A stretch of 64,000 nt of DNA from an uncultured Chloroflexia bacterium. Lineage in GTDB: Bacteria > Chloroflexota > Limnocylindria > Limnocylindrales > CSP1-4. The position numbers were made by a program, and so were the translations under genes. The notes beneath the pieces were generated by a model. It did not search any database and had not been told where the DNA came from. It saw only the letters and a list, made by a program, of their open reading frames with translations. Location: assembly GCA_963706095.1 (NCBI GenBank), contig OY970149.1, forward strand, positions 1,152,418 through 1,216,417. The letters are read 5' to 3'. This document shows positions 49,219 through 59,450 of this stretch, piece by piece; the stretch's first letter is position 1; each line of letters opens with the position of its first letter.

Positions 49219-50933
49219 GGCGGGGGCAGGCCCATCAGCTGGTGGTACGCCCGGGCGGCCGCGGTGACAGTCGGGTAGAAGCGACCTTCCGTCGCCAGCC
49301 AGTCGACGCCGTAGCCTTCGATCTTGAGCCGGACCGCGTCCTTCAGCTCGGCGAACTTGAGCTCGACTCCGGCGGCGGTGAGCTCCCGGTCAAGCTCCTC
49401 GAGCATGTCCGCAGCGGTGGTGTCGATGTCAGTCATCGGCTCGGCGGCGATGACGATCCAGCGTGGCGGTGGGTCTGCATGGGCGAACGCGCGCACCTCC
49501 CTTCGGAACGTCGGCGCGTTTGCAAAGATCAACGGCGCGTCGAAGCGGTAGATCACCAGGCCCGGCACCTGCTCGGCAGCTGTGTAAACGCTCACGTCGT
49601 GGTAGCCGGCCACGCCCGGCGTATCGCCGAGAACCGTCCGATACGGGCTCCATAGCCGCCTGAACACGACCAGGATCGACAGCGCCACAGCGATCGCAAT
49701 GCCGGGCAGCACCCCGAACAGACACACGCCCAGAAAGGCGGTGAGGGAGAGGCCGAACTCGGCTCGGCGCTGGCGCCACAGCCGCGACATGGCGGGGATG
49801 TTCGCGAGCCCGATCGAGGCGACGATGACGATCGCTGCAAGCGTCGGCTGGGGCAGGTAGGCCAGCAACCCCGGCACGAATAAGAGCATCAGCACGATCA
49901 CCGCGGCACCAACCAGTCCGGTCAGCTGCGACTTCGCGCCCGCGCTCTGTGCCACAGCAGTTCGCGAGGAGCTTGTGCTCACCGGGAACCCCTGAAAGAA
50001 ACCCGCCGCGACACCGGCGGCGCCGATGCCGACCATCTCGCCAGCGGCGTTGACCTCCTGCTTGGACCGAGCCGCAAACGCAGACGAGACCGCGATGGTG
50101 TCGGCCAGCGACACGATGGCAATGCCGATGGCGCCGACGGCCAGCAGCGGCAGGTCCGCGATCTCGGCCCGGGGCACGGTCAACGGCGGCAGCCCAGACG
50201 GCAGCACGCCAACCAGGCTCACGCCGACCACGGCCAGGTTCAAGGCAAAGGCCGCAATGCACGCCGCCACGACGGCCACCAACACGCCCGGAATCCTGGG
50301 CGCAAGTCGAGCGATGACGACCATCAGCACCACGCTGAACAAGCCGATCGCGAGCGCGGCAGGAACCGTCTCGCCCTCGACCACCCCGCGCACGAAGCCG
50401 GCGGTCTCGCCGATCAGGCCCGTGGCGTCGACCGAAAAGCCGAAGAGCTTGGGCAGCTGGCCGACGAGGATCGTCAACGCAAGGCCGGTCATGTACCCAA
50501 CCTGGATCGGCTGGGAGAGCAGGTCGGCCAGGAAGCCAAGGCCCGCGCGCGAGCCGACGATCATGATCACGCCGACCATCAGCGCGAGCACGGAGGCATA
50601 GGCGACGGCTGCCTCGGGATTGCCCGCGGCAGCGGTCAGCGGGATGATTGTCGCCGCGATCATCGGCCCGAGCGACGAGTCTGGACCGAGAACCAGCACG
50701 CGCGAGGGCCCGATCAGTGCGTACGCGACAAGGCACGTGATCGAGGTGTACAGCCCGGTAATGGCCGGTAGCCCGGCCAGCTCGGCGTAGGCCATGCCCT
50801 GGGGCACGAGCAGGCTCGCGAGAACGATGCCCGCGACCAGATCGGACCCGATCCACTCGCGTCGGAAGCGTCCCTTGAAGTACCCGGCTACGCCGAGCCT
50901 CGTCCCAAAGTCGGTCGTCAAGCGATCGAGCAT
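49215..50933 (-). CDS. SulP family sulfate/anion permease with C-terminal STAS domain.
   Basis: Polytopic membrane region and STAS domain (LVIYRFDAPLIFANA). Start taken at MLDRLTTDF. Confidence 0.8.
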   Translation of the reverse strand: MLDRLTTDFGTRLGVAGYFKGRFRREWIGSDLVAGIVLASLLVPQGMAYAELAGLPAITGLYTSITCLVAYALIGPSRVLVLGPDSSLGPMIAATIIPLTAAAGNPEAAVAYASVLALMVGVIMIVGSRAGLGFLADLLSQPIQVGYMTGLALTILVGQLPKLFGFSVDATGLIGETAGFVRGVVEGETVPAALAIGLFSVVLMVVIARLAPRIPGVLVAVVAACIAAFALNLAVVGVSLVGVLPSGLPPLTVPRAEIADLPLLAVGAIGIAIVSLADTIAVSSAFAARSKQEVNAAGEMVGIGAAGVAAGFFQGFPVSTSSSRTAVAQSAGAKSQLTGLVGAAVIVLMLLFVPGLLAYLPQPTLAAIVIVASIGLANIPAMSRLWRQRRAEFGLSLTAFLGVCLFGVLPGIAIAVALSILVVFRRLWSPYRTVLGDTPGVAGYHDVSVYTAAEQVPGLVIYRFDAPLIFANAPTFRREVRAFAHADPPPRWIVIAAEPMTDIDTTAADMLEELDRELTAAGVELKFAELKDAVRLKIEGYGVDWLATEGRFYPTVTAAARAYHQLMGLPPP

Positions 50934-51097
50934 CGACGGCCCGGCGTGTTGCTTGCAATGGTGCGCGCCGGTCGTCCGGGACCGGCACGAGCGGTCCTTC
51001 ACCGACGAATGTCCGCACCCCCATCGAGGGTTCGTGCCTGCACCGTTGCGGCGCGAGTACAGAGGACGAGGATCGGCTCAAGCAGGAGGCGAGACAT

Positions 51098-52219
51098 ATG
51101 GCAGTTCAACTCGATCAGACTCTGGCCGTATTCGTGCTGGCAAACGACGCATCGGCTAAGAAGTTTCTGAAGAAGGTCCAGCAGATCGACAAGGCCGACG
51201 TGCGCGTGCAGATCGTCGACGCGGCGATCGCCCACAAGGCCAAGTTCGGACGCGTCAAGGTCCATCAGACCATGGACCGCGGCGGCATCAAGGGTGGCGT
51301 GCGCGGCGGCACGATCGGCGTGGTCGTCGGTGCCATCGTCGCCGGACCAGCCGGTGCCGCGGTCGCCGGCGCCGCCGGCGGAGTGCTCGCCGGTCTCTAC
51401 AACAAGTTCCACGACATCGGCATCGACGACAAGTGGATGAAGCAGGTCGGCAAGCAGATCGACAAGGGGAAGAGCGCCCTCTTCGTGCAGTACGAGGGCG
51501 ACTGGTCGAGCTCCATCGGAGCGATCCAGGACGCGGTCAAGTCGAGCAACGCACTGCTCATCGAGAGCAACCTGCCGGCCGAGAAGGCGACGGCCCTGCG
51601 CGAGATCATCGAGCCCGCGGTCGAGCAGCTCGGCGGTGAGGAAGTGGTCACCGAGTTCGTGGTCGAGACCGAGGTTCAGCCGGACGACTTGACGCAGCTG
51701 CCGGGCATCGGCCCGAAGTTCGCCAAGGCGCTGACGGCAGGCGGCCTCGGCACCTACAGCGCTCTGGCGGCCGCCAATGAGCCACAGATCCGGCGCACGC
51801 TGCACGATGCCGACATGACGCCGCCCGCGTCGATAGGGAGTTGGCCTACCGAGGCCGACTTTGCGGCACGTGGCGACTGGGCCGGGCTCATGAAGTACAT
51901 CCAGAAGAACCAGTCGAAGTCCAAGTCGAAGACGTCCAAGAAACAGGCCAAAACCGCGAAGTCAGAGGCAGCGCCGAAGGGCAAGCCGGACGACCTGACC
52001 AAGATCAACGGCGTCGGGCCGCGCATCGAGTCGATCCTCAACGATGGTGGCGTGAGCACCTACGACCAGCTTGCTTCGACAAGCTCGGACGAGCTGCGCC
52101 GGATCATGGCCGGCGCCGGCGCACTGCCGCCGGCCAGCCTCTCGAAGTGGGCGACGCAGGCGAAGTTCGCCGCCAAGAATGACTGGCAGGGCCTCGCGGC
52201 CTACAACGCCCGCCGCTAG
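51098..52219 (+). CDS. DUF1269-like membrane protein fused to two helix-hairpin-helix (DUF4332-like) repeats.
   Basis: RBS ggagg. Gly-rich TM region (GGTIGVVVGAIVAGPAGAAVAGAAGG). Two ~70-aa repeats (DDLTQLPGIGPKFAKAL...GTYSALAAAN... and DDLTKINGVGPRIESIL...STYDQLASTS...). Confidence 0.6.
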   Translation: MAVQLDQTLAVFVLANDASAKKFLKKVQQIDKADVRVQIVDAAIAHKAKFGRVKVHQTMDRGGIKGGVRGGTIGVVVGAIVAGPAGAAVAGAAGGVLAGLYNKFHDIGIDDKWMKQVGKQIDKGKSALFVQYEGDWSSSIGAIQDAVKSSNALLIESNLPAEKATALREIIEPAVEQLGGEEVVTEFVVETEVQPDDLTQLPGIGPKFAKALTAGGLGTYSALAAANEPQIRRTLHDADMTPPASIGSWPTEADFAARGDWAGLMKYIQKNQSKSKSKTSKKQAKTAKSEAAPKGKPDDLTKINGVGPRIESILNDGGVSTYDQLASTSSDELRRIMAGAGALPPASLSKWATQAKFAAKNDWQGLAAYNARR

Positions 52220-52307
52220 GCGACGCGCTTCGGCGCAAACAACCGGGTAGCAAACCGCCCGGCGAACCGGATCATCCGGGCGCCGGGCGTTTCCTAGTCC
52301 GAGTAAT

Positions 52308-52383
52308 TGGAGCGGGAGACGGGATTCGAACCCGCGACATTCTGCTTGGGAAGCAGACACTCTGCCAGCTGAGTTACTCCCGC
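52308..52383 (-). tRNA. tRNA-Gly (anticodon CCC).
   Basis: 76 nt: gcgggag-ta-actcagctggcagagt-g-tctgc-ttCCCaa-gcaga-atgtc-gcggg-ttcgaat-cccgt-ctcccgc-t-cca. Cloverleaf with 7-bp acceptor stem, encoded CCA. Confidence 0.85.
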
Positions 52384-52564
52384 TCAGCCGCCCGATTCTA
52401 GCGATGAGGCTCGCACCCGCCTAGACGCCTCAGACCCCCTAGTCCGTCGAATGGCGGATTGAAGTCCCTCGCCTTAGCGCCGTAGCGTGGCACACAGTGG
52501 CGCCCACTGGCACGCAGACGCCGTGACCGTGCCGTGGGCGCCACCTAAGCACGGGAGGCCATGA

Positions 52565-53011
52565 ATGCTTCGTCGTCGACAAATCCGCGCAGCGGTTCTG
52601 GCGTCAGTGGCGCTTGCTTTGCTCCTGCCGTCGCTCGCAGCCGCTGCCAGTCCGTACCAGGCAATCGTGGTCGAGCAGGCATGTACTACCTCGGGTGGCG
52701 CACATGGGCGGGGCTACGTGCTGCTGCGCGTCAAGGCGCGCGAGGTCGGCATGTCCGGGACCAACTACTTCGTCCTTCGGAGCGAGCTGCAATGGAGCTC
52801 TGGCCTGGCCTACAGCACGCGCAAGACTTACCCCGCCGTGACGTCGAGCAACTTCCCCGACAACGGCACCAACTACTACCGAATCCTGCAGCGGCGCTAC
52901 GACTTCAAGCCGAGCGATGAGGTTTCACACCGGCTCGTGATCACGGTTCGATTCCGATCGAACACGGACGGCCTGCTGGCCACGCGGATCGTTCGCGGAC
53001 GCGGTTGCTGA
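52565..53011 (+). CDS. Small secreted protein, member C of the di-Cys paralog family.
   Basis: Signal peptide MLRRRQIRAAVLASVALALLLPSLAAA. Internal Cys (EQACTTSGG) and C-terminal ...RGRGC. Similar length and layout to members A and B. Confidence 0.55.
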   Translation: MLRRRQIRAAVLASVALALLLPSLAAAASPYQAIVVEQACTTSGGAHGRGYVLLRVKAREVGMSGTNYFVLRSELQWSSGLAYSTRKTYPAVTSSNFPDNGTNYYRILQRRYDFKPSDEVSHRLVITVRFRSNTDGLLATRIVRGRGC

Positions 53012-53073
53012 CCGGTCGCTGACGCTCGTCGCGAAGGGCGGCGAGAGGCAGGCGTGCTGCTATCGTCGCCACG

Positions 53074-53796
53074 ATGGAGGAGCATCAGCTGGAGGTTTCG
53101 TGGCTCGGCCGCGTGCCCTACCGCGAGGCCTGGGATAGGCAGCATGACCTGGTAGCGCGCCGCCGCAACGACGAGATCGGCGATCAGCTGCTGCTGCTCG
53201 AGCACGAGCCGGTCCTGACGCTGGGCCGCCACGCTGACCCACGCCACATCCTGGCCACGGATCAGGACCTCGCGCGGCGTGGCATCGAGGTCATCAACAT
53301 CGAGCGTGGCGGTGAGGTGACGTATCACGGCCCCGGCCAGCTCGTGGCCTACCCCATCGTCCGCCTCGCCGATCGCGGCATCCTGCTCAGGCCTTTTGTC
53401 CGCATCCTCGAGCAGGCCATGATGGACACGGCGGCGGGCTTCGGTGTCGACTCGGATCGCCGCGAAGGTCTGCCCGGCGTGTGGTGCGACGGCGGAAGCG
53501 CCAACCCGCGCAAGATCGGGGCGCTGGGCCTGCGCTTTGAGGGCGGCGTCACCTACCACGGTATCGCGCTCAACGTCACGACCGATCTTTCCGACTTCGA
53601 TCTGATCGACCCATGCGGCATGCCCGATGCGGAGGTGACCTCGATCGCGCGCGAGGCAGGCTGGCCTGACTCCGAATCGGTGCCCACCACCGCGAGCGTG
53701 GCTCGAGCGGCGGATCGGTTCGCCATCGACTTCGCCGAGCGCTTGGCGCAGGCCACACAGGCCGCGGCTCGGCCGACGGCTGCTGGTCGGGTCTAA
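53074..53796 (+). CDS. lipB: Lipoyl(octanoyl) transferase.
   Basis: RGGEVTYHGPGQLVAYPI and GALGLRFEGGVTYHGIALNV motifs. Confidence 0.85.
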   Translation: MEEHQLEVSWLGRVPYREAWDRQHDLVARRRNDEIGDQLLLLEHEPVLTLGRHADPRHILATDQDLARRGIEVINIERGGEVTYHGPGQLVAYPIVRLADRGILLRPFVRILEQAMMDTAAGFGVDSDRREGLPGVWCDGGSANPRKIGALGLRFEGGVTYHGIALNVTTDLSDFDLIDPCGMPDAEVTSIAREAGWPDSESVPTTASVARAADRFAIDFAERLAQATQAAARPTAAGRV

Positions 53797-53799
53797 CGC

Positions 53800-54828
53800 A
53801 TGGCTGGCGGGCTATTCGAGCTGCGCAAGGACAGCATCACCGGCTGGTGGGTGGCCACCCTGGTCGATCGTGAATTCCAGAGAGAACGGTTCCACAAGCC
53901 GGCGCAACACCGGGTGCAGACCGCTGATGAGTGCCAGAACTGCGACCAGGCGGGTACCGACGATGTGCGCCTGCGCATGCTCAAGCCAGAGGCTTTCATC
54001 CTCGCCGGAACCGAGCGCGAGAAAGACGCCGAGACCGACGGGCGCGAGCCTGCCCTGGGCCTGGTTGGCGACGGTGGCTCGTGGCAGACGATCCTCGCGC
54101 CGCGCGGCCATCACGAGTCGTTCGCCGACACCACGCCCCAGATCGCGTTCGAGCTGCTCGCGCGGGCGCGCGACGTCCTGACATTCGCGCGCGAGCAGGA
54201 AAAGACCGACTATCTGCAGGTCGTCGAGAACTTTGGCCACCAGGCCGGTGCCCAGACGGATCATCTGTGCTTCGACTTCTACGACCTGCCACAGATCCCG
54301 CACCGCATCGGCGAGGAGCTGGGCGGCGCGGCGCGCTTCGTCATCCGCGAGGGCGTGTGCCCTTTCTGCCGCCTCGTCCGGGACGAAGTCGCCACTCCGG
54401 AACGGCTCGTCTACGAGGATGCTGCGAGCGTGTGCTTCGCGCCCTACGCCAGTCGGTCGCCGTTCGAGCTGTGGGTCGTGCCCCGACATCACGCTGCGGA
54501 CTTCGGCACGGCCACGGATGCGCAGCTCGTCAGCGCCGCGCAGACGCTGCAATCGGTGCTGCGCCTCTTGAACGTCCTGGGCCAGCCGGCGTACAACCTG
54601 ATCCTGCACACGGCGCCGCTGCGCGAGCGCGTCGACGACACATATCACTGGCACTGGGAGATCCATCCGAGGTTGCGCGAGATAGCCGGGCTCGAGCTGG
54701 GCACGGGACTGCCGGTCAACCCGGTGGCGCCCGAAGAGGCCGCGCGCGAGCTGCTGGCCACGGCCCGCGCCGAGGCGATCGACACCGGAGTGGCGGTCGG
54801 GCCGCGCTCGTGGGACGACTTCGCGTGA
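53800..54828 (+). CDS. Galactose-1-phosphate uridylyltransferase-like HIT-superfamily protein.
   Basis: Zn-binding C..C/H region (CQNCDQ, GVCPFCR) and histidine motif HWHWEIHPR resembling GalT-family half-sites. Confidence 0.65.
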   Translation: MAGGLFELRKDSITGWWVATLVDREFQRERFHKPAQHRVQTADECQNCDQAGTDDVRLRMLKPEAFILAGTEREKDAETDGREPALGLVGDGGSWQTILAPRGHHESFADTTPQIAFELLARARDVLTFAREQEKTDYLQVVENFGHQAGAQTDHLCFDFYDLPQIPHRIGEELGGAARFVIREGVCPFCRLVRDEVATPERLVYEDAASVCFAPYASRSPFELWVVPRHHAADFGTATDAQLVSAAQTLQSVLRLLNVLGQPAYNLILHTAPLRERVDDTYHWHWEIHPRLREIAGLELGTGLPVNPVAPEEAARELLATARAEAIDTGVAVGPRSWDDFA

Positions 54829-54898
54829 ATCGGCGTCCGTCACAGCCGTCCGCTGCCACCCGTCACAACGCGGTGGAGAGGGAGCCGGGGAAGGTTCT

Positions 54899-55498
54899 AT
54901 GACGACCGACCCAGCGACCGCGCGCGCGTTCGTCGAACGCATCTACGCGGCGCATCACGGAGAAATCTATGCCTACCTCGCGCGCATGCTGCGCGATGAC
55001 GAGCTGGCGGCCGACTTGACCCAGGAGACCTTCGTCAAGGCGTACCGCGCTTACGACACGCTCGCCGATCACAACCGAGCCCGTGCGTGGCTCTACCAGA
55101 TCGCCGGCCGCACGGCCCTTGACGTGCTGCGCCGGCGCAAGATCGTGCGCTTCGTGCCGTGGACGGGCGAGAGTCGGGGCACGGCGGCGAGTGCCGAGGA
55201 GCTGGTGCTGCGCTCACGCGTGTCAGCTGAGCTCGAGCGCGCGCTGGCGCGCATCCCGCCGCGCCAGCGCCAGGCGCTGCTGCTTGCCGAGCTGCACGAC
55301 CTGACGGGTATCGAGCTGGCTGACGCCCTTGGCGTCTCCCACGTTGCCGCGCGAGCCCTGCTGACCCGCGGTCGCGAATCGCTGCGCCAGGCCCTGACCG
55401 TCGAGCGCGCGAAGTCGGCCGTCGAGGAGGCCAAGCGCGAGGCGAGCACGTCCGTGGCCCGCGTCCGGCCATCCGATCGCAAGGACGACTATCGCTGA
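54899..55498 (+). CDS. ECF (sigma-70 family) RNA polymerase sigma factor.
   Basis: Region 2 (DLTQETFVKAYRAY) and region 4 HTH (LAELHDLTGIELADALGVSHVAARALLTRG). Confidence 0.8.
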   Translation: MTTDPATARAFVERIYAAHHGEIYAYLARMLRDDELAADLTQETFVKAYRAYDTLADHNRARAWLYQIAGRTALDVLRRRKIVRFVPWTGESRGTAASAEELVLRSRVSAELERALARIPPRQRQALLLAELHDLTGIELADALGVSHVAARALLTRGRESLRQALTVERAKSAVEEAKREASTSVARVRPSDRKDDYR

Positions 55499-57417
55499 TG
55501 GCCCTCAAGGACCAACACGCGCCTTTGCGCGAGCTGCTCGCTGTTCGCCTTGATCGGCCGTTGACGCGTGTCGAGTCGCGCACGCTGACCGCGCACCTGA
55601 AGAGCTGCCCGTCGTGCCAGCAGGCCGACGCCGAATACCGAGCGAACCACCTCGGGCTGCGCGCTCTGTCGCAGCCGATCCCGCCACGCGACATGTGGGC
55701 GCGCACGTCCGCTGCCCTCGATCGCGAAGTGGCACGCGGTGCGCGCGCCGTGTGGGGTCGGCGCATGAAGCGCGCGCGCCGCAAGGCGCAGCCCTCGTCA
55801 GCAGTGATGAGCGCCCTGGCTGCGGTCGGGGTGGTCGCCACGCTCGTCTTCTTCCAGCTCGGTCCGGCTTTGACGCCCGCGCCGAGCATCCAGAGCCGGC
55901 CAACGCCATTCGCCGTGGATCCGCAACCGCTCGCGTTCCTCGGCCTTGGCGCATCTGACCTCGCGATCTACCGCATGACCGTCAGCGAGGTATGCCCGCA
56001 GACGGCCACGCTCGACTGCATCCCTGCCCACAAGATCGTGCGCACACCAATCGCGCTGGGTCTTCCCAACGACCTCCAGGCCAACAACGCCGCTCTGAGC
56101 CCGACGGGCGATCAGATGGTGCTGGTCGGCAAGAAGCGCGACAGCGACGTCATCGCCGTGGTGATGATGCCTGCCGAAGATGGCAGCTTCGTAATTCCCA
56201 CTGAATCTGTGGGTTTGCCCGAACCGACGGGGACGCCCGAACAGCGAACTCCCGCCCCTACGCCGGAGCCCCCGTCGCCGTCGCCATCGCCGTCGCCCGA
56301 GCCGACAGCCAGCGCTGATCCAAATGCCACCGACAGCCCGAGCGACGACCCGAATGCGAGCGCCACGCCGGCTCGACCGACCCAGCTCGCGGGCCCCTCT
56401 TCCACGCCCGGCAGACCGCCGACCGCGACTCCTGCGCCCACCGATGAGCCAGAGCCCGAGCCGACGGCCTCCCCCGACGACCAGCCGATCGACCCACCGG
56501 CCAGCTCCGTGGCCGGCCTGGCAGTGGTGAGCATCCTCGAGGACGTGCACAGCGTCGGCGCTCCGCCCGCCTGGTCGCGCAACGGCGAGATGCTGGCCTT
56601 CAGCGCCATGCCGGTCGACGGCTCGCATGGTCCTGACGTCTACGTCTGGTCACCCAGCGACACGAAGGCCCGGCCGATCACCACTGACCACGAGTCGCAT
56701 TTCGCGTCGTGGTCGGGCAACCGCATCGTTATCAGTCGCGTTGCCACCAGCACTGACGGTGCCGTAGTGGCGCGAAACTACGTCATCGACCCGGGCACGC
56801 TCGAGGAGCGGCGCATCCGCGGCGGCCAGCTGTGGCTGCCCGCGGTGAACCGCCAGCGCACGCAGGCCGTGGTCTGGCAGGGCCAGCTCGGCATCCACGA
56901 CGATCTGCCCGAGCTGCGATCTGGCGGACTGTTCCTGATGCCATGGACCGCCGTCGATCCGTTCCGCCCTGCCGATCCGGACCAGGGAGTGCCAGGAGCC
57001 TCGCCCGACAGCAATGACCCAGACCTTGATCCGGGAACGCCGGCTGCGCCAGCGCTGAGCCCGCTCGTCATCGGTCGCGACTCGCGCTCGGCGCCGGTCG
57101 CCGATTGGCAGGCAGGCTGGTCGCCCGATGGCCGTGTCCTCGGCATATGGATCGCCGATTCGGTCGGTTCCACCTGGGGCCGGCTGACCGTTCTGGCGAT
57201 CGATCCCGAAACTGGCCAAGTGGTCACCGGTGAGCCGCTGTTGCGCACCACCCTCGCGCGCCGCGGCTTCTCACTCGGCACGGATCGCGTTGTTTGGGTG
57301 GCTCCGTCCGACACCAATGTCGACGGCGAGCTCCGGCTGCGCGCCTGGACGAGCGACGGTGTCGGTGGCCTGCGCGTCGTCTCGCCTGAGCAGGAAGGGG
57401 TCCTGCCCGCCTTCTAG
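55498..57417 (+). CDS. Anti-sigma factor (ZAS-type zinc finger) with TM segment, Pro/Ser/Thr/Glu-rich linker and large extracytoplasmic beta-propeller-like domain.
   Basis: Start overlaps the sigma stop (ATGA). HLKSCPSCQ (Hx3Cx2C). TM helix [35 protein letters not shown] low-complexity linker. Confidence 0.7.
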   Translation: MALKDQHAPLRELLAVRLDRPLTRVESRTLTAHLKSCPSCQQADAEYRANHLGLRALSQPIPPRDMWARTSAALDREVARGARAVWGRRMKRARRKAQPSSAVMSALAAVGVVATLVFFQLGPALTPAPSIQSRPTPFAVDPQPLAFLGLGASDLAIYRMTVSEVCPQTATLDCIPAHKIVRTPIALGLPNDLQANNAALSPTGDQMVLVGKKRDSDVIAVVMMPAEDGSFVIPTESVGLPEPTGTPEQRTPAPTPEPPSPSPSPSPEPTASADPNATDSPSDDPNASATPARPTQLAGPSSTPGRPPTATPAPTDEPEPEPTASPDDQPIDPPASSVAGLAVVSILEDVHSVGAPPAWSRNGEMLAFSAMPVDGSHGPDVYVWSPSDTKARPITTDHESHFASWSGNRIVISRVATSTDGAVVARNYVIDPGTLEERRIRGGQLWLPAVNRQRTQAVVWQGQLGIHDDLPELRSGGLFLMPWTAVDPFRPADPDQGVPGASPDSNDPDLDPGTPAAPALSPLVIGRDSRSAPVADWQAGWSPDGRVLGIWIADSVGSTWGRLTVLAIDPETGQVVTGEPLLRTTLARRGFSLGTDRVVWVAPSDTNVDGELRLRAWTSDGVGGLRVVSPEQEGVLPAF

Positions 57418-57437
57418 GGCCGCTACTCTTTCAGCTT

Positions 57438-57992
57438 GTGACCGCGCGCGAGATCATGACTGCCGACGACGTGCGCCGGGCGTTGGTTCGCATCAGCCAC
57501 GAGATCGTCGAGAAGCACGGCGGCACTGAGGGCCTGGCACTCGTCGGCATCCAGACACGTGGCGTGCCGATCGCAGAACGGCTGGCGAGCGCGATCGAGA
57601 GCCACGAGGGTGTTCGGCCGCCGGTCGGCTCGCTGGACATCTCGTTTCATCGTGACGACGTCGGATCGGGCAGCCGCCAGCCGCGCGTCAAGGGCACGGA
57701 CCTGCCCTTCCCTCTCGAGTCGTCGACGCTGGTCATCGTCGACGACGTCCTCTACACCGGCCGAACTGTCCGCGCCGCGCTTGATGCCCTGGTGGAGATC
57801 GGCCGGCCCAAGGCGGTCAGGCTGGCCGTGCTGGTCGACCGCGGACATCGCGAGCTGCCCATCCGCGCCGATCACGTCGGCAAGAACGTGCCCACGTCGC
57901 GCGACGAGGTGATCCGCGTCCACCTCGCGGAGGCCGATGGTGGCGAGGATCAGGTGATCATCGAGCGGCTGCCGGAGGGAGACGCCGCGTGA
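57438..57992 (+). CDS. pyrR: Bifunctional pyrimidine operon regulator / uracil phosphoribosyltransferase.
   Basis: PRTase motif [17 protein letters not shown]. Typical PyrR length. Confidence 0.85.
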   Translation: MTAREIMTADDVRRALVRISHEIVEKHGGTEGLALVGIQTRGVPIAERLASAIESHEGVRPPVGSLDISFHRDDVGSGSRQPRVKGTDLPFPLESSTLVIVDDVLYTGRTVRAALDALVEIGRPKAVRLAVLVDRGHRELPIRADHVGKNVPTSRDEVIRVHLAEADGGEDQVIIERLPEGDAA

Positions 57993-58924
57993 CCTGGGAT
58001 CGGCGTCACCTGATCGACGTCGATCAATTCGATTCAGAGGATCTCGTAGCTGTGCTGGATGAGGCGCGGCGGCTGCGTCAGGACATCGCCGGCGGCGACG
58101 TTGGGGCGGGTGTGGGCTCGGGCCAGCTCTTGCGCGGTCAGTCGGTGGCCCTTTTCTTCTCGGAGCCTTCGACCAGGACGCGATTGTCATTCGAGCTTGC
58201 GGCGCGCAATCTCGGTGCTGAAACGTTCGTGCTTGATCCGTCGGCTTCGTCGCTGACCAAGGGCGAGTCGTTCGTCGACACGGTGCGCAACCTCGATGCG
58301 ATCGGGTTCGATTGGCTGGTCGTGCGCCATCACCGCGCTGGTGCCGCTGCGGTCGCCGCGCGGCACTTCGGCGGCAGCGTCCTCAACGGCGGCGATGGCT
58401 GGCGAGGCCATCCAACCCAGGCGCTACTCGACCTGCTGACGATCGAGGACGCGCTCGGATCGGTCCGCGGCCGCAAGGTCGCGATCGTCGGCGACGTGCT
58501 TCACTCGCGTGTGGCGCGGTCGAACGCCTTCACGCTGACGCTGGCCGGAGCCGACGTGTGGTTTTCCGCGCCGGATGCGTGGCTGCGCGCGGTCGGCGAG
58601 CTGCCTGTTCATCGGACGAGCGAGCTCTCGGAAGCGCTCAGCGGTGCCGACGTCGTGATGGCCCTGCGCGTGCAGAAGGAGCGCATGGCCGGCGGCGCGC
58701 TGTCGGTCGGTGCCTATGTGGATCGCTACCAGATCACGGAGGAGCGGTTGGCGCGTTGGGCTCCGCAGGCCAAGTTCATGCATCCAGGGCCGATCAATGA
58801 GGGCATCGAGGTCGCCCGCGAGGTTGCGCTGGGCCCGCGTTCGCTGGTGATGGAGCAGGTCCGCAACGGCGTGCCGATCCGAATGGCGGTCATGGCCCTG
58901 ATCGCCGCGAGCGGTGGCGGCTGA
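57989..58924 (+). CDS. pyrB: Aspartate carbamoyltransferase catalytic subunit.
   Basis: STRTR carbamoyl-phosphate motif, HPTQ, HPGP. Confidence 0.85.
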   Translation: MTWDRRHLIDVDQFDSEDLVAVLDEARRLRQDIAGGDVGAGVGSGQLLRGQSVALFFSEPSTRTRLSFELAARNLGAETFVLDPSASSLTKGESFVDTVRNLDAIGFDWLVVRHHRAGAAAVAARHFGGSVLNGGDGWRGHPTQALLDLLTIEDALGSVRGRKVAIVGDVLHSRVARSNAFTLTLAGADVWFSAPDAWLRAVGELPVHRTSELSEALSGADVVMALRVQKERMAGGALSVGAYVDRYQITEERLARWAPQAKFMHPGPINEGIEVAREVALGPRSLVMEQVRNGVPIRMAVMALIAASGGG

Positions 58925-59450
58925 TTCTGCTGGCTACGGATTCTGCTGGCCCGAGCGAGCGCGTCTACCATCGCTCGCGGTGAGCGACCCGAGTCCCGAC
59001 CAATCCCCCGAGGCCGAACCGGCCGACCCAGCGCCCTCGGCGGCCGACCGGGCGCCCAACGCGACCGACCCATCGCTTCCCGATTACAAGGGCGCTCCCC
59101 TGGACTCCGAGCGCGGTCCGGGCCTGGGCTGCTTCTGGGCCCAGGTCGTCCTGCTCGTCGTGCTGCTCGTGGGCACACCGCTGAGCGTGTACATGGCCGC
59201 GCCCCCGTGGTTCAGTGCGGCACTGCTGATCATCCTGCTGGTGCTGCTGTTTTTTGTGGGCCAGACGATGATCTTCCTGCTGCGCCTCGTTGCCGCGGAT
59301 CGACGAACCCGCCGCCGACCGATGGCTCCCAGCGCCCGCAAGACAGTCGGCCAGCTCGAGGACCAATCCACCACCGCAGCTGCCGACACCCCAGACGAGC
59401 CGTCAAGCTCGGACGAACCCTCAGACAAGGATCACTCCACTCCCGGGTAA
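58914..59450 (+). CDS. Hypothetical membrane protein (2 TM) with acidic Pro/Ser-rich termini.
   Basis: Two hydrophobic helices (VVLLVVLLVGTPLSVYMAA, LLIILLVLLFFVGQTMIFLL). Alternative GTG start at ~58980. Confidence 0.4.
   Translation: MAADSAGYGFCWPERARLPSLAVSDPSPDQSPEAEPADPAPSAADRAPNATDPSLPDYKGAPLDSERGPGLGCFWAQVVLLVVLLVGTPLSVYMAAPPWFSAALLIILLVLLFFVGQTMIFLLRLVAADRRTRRRPMAPSARKTVGQLEDQSTTAAADTPDEPSSSDEPSDKDHSTPG

Noticed and set aside
49429-51081. 550-aa minus-strand ORF overlapping the SulP gene in another frame
   Set aside because: Translation is Arg/Gly/Pro-rich low complexity. The SulP frame (49215-50933) has clear TM and STAS features.
52220-52564. Possible integrase or mobile element flanking tRNA-Gly
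   Set aside because: No ORF with integrase/transposase motifs. Neighbours are housekeeping (lipB) or the secreted paralog. No repeat of the tRNA 3' end seen within the window.
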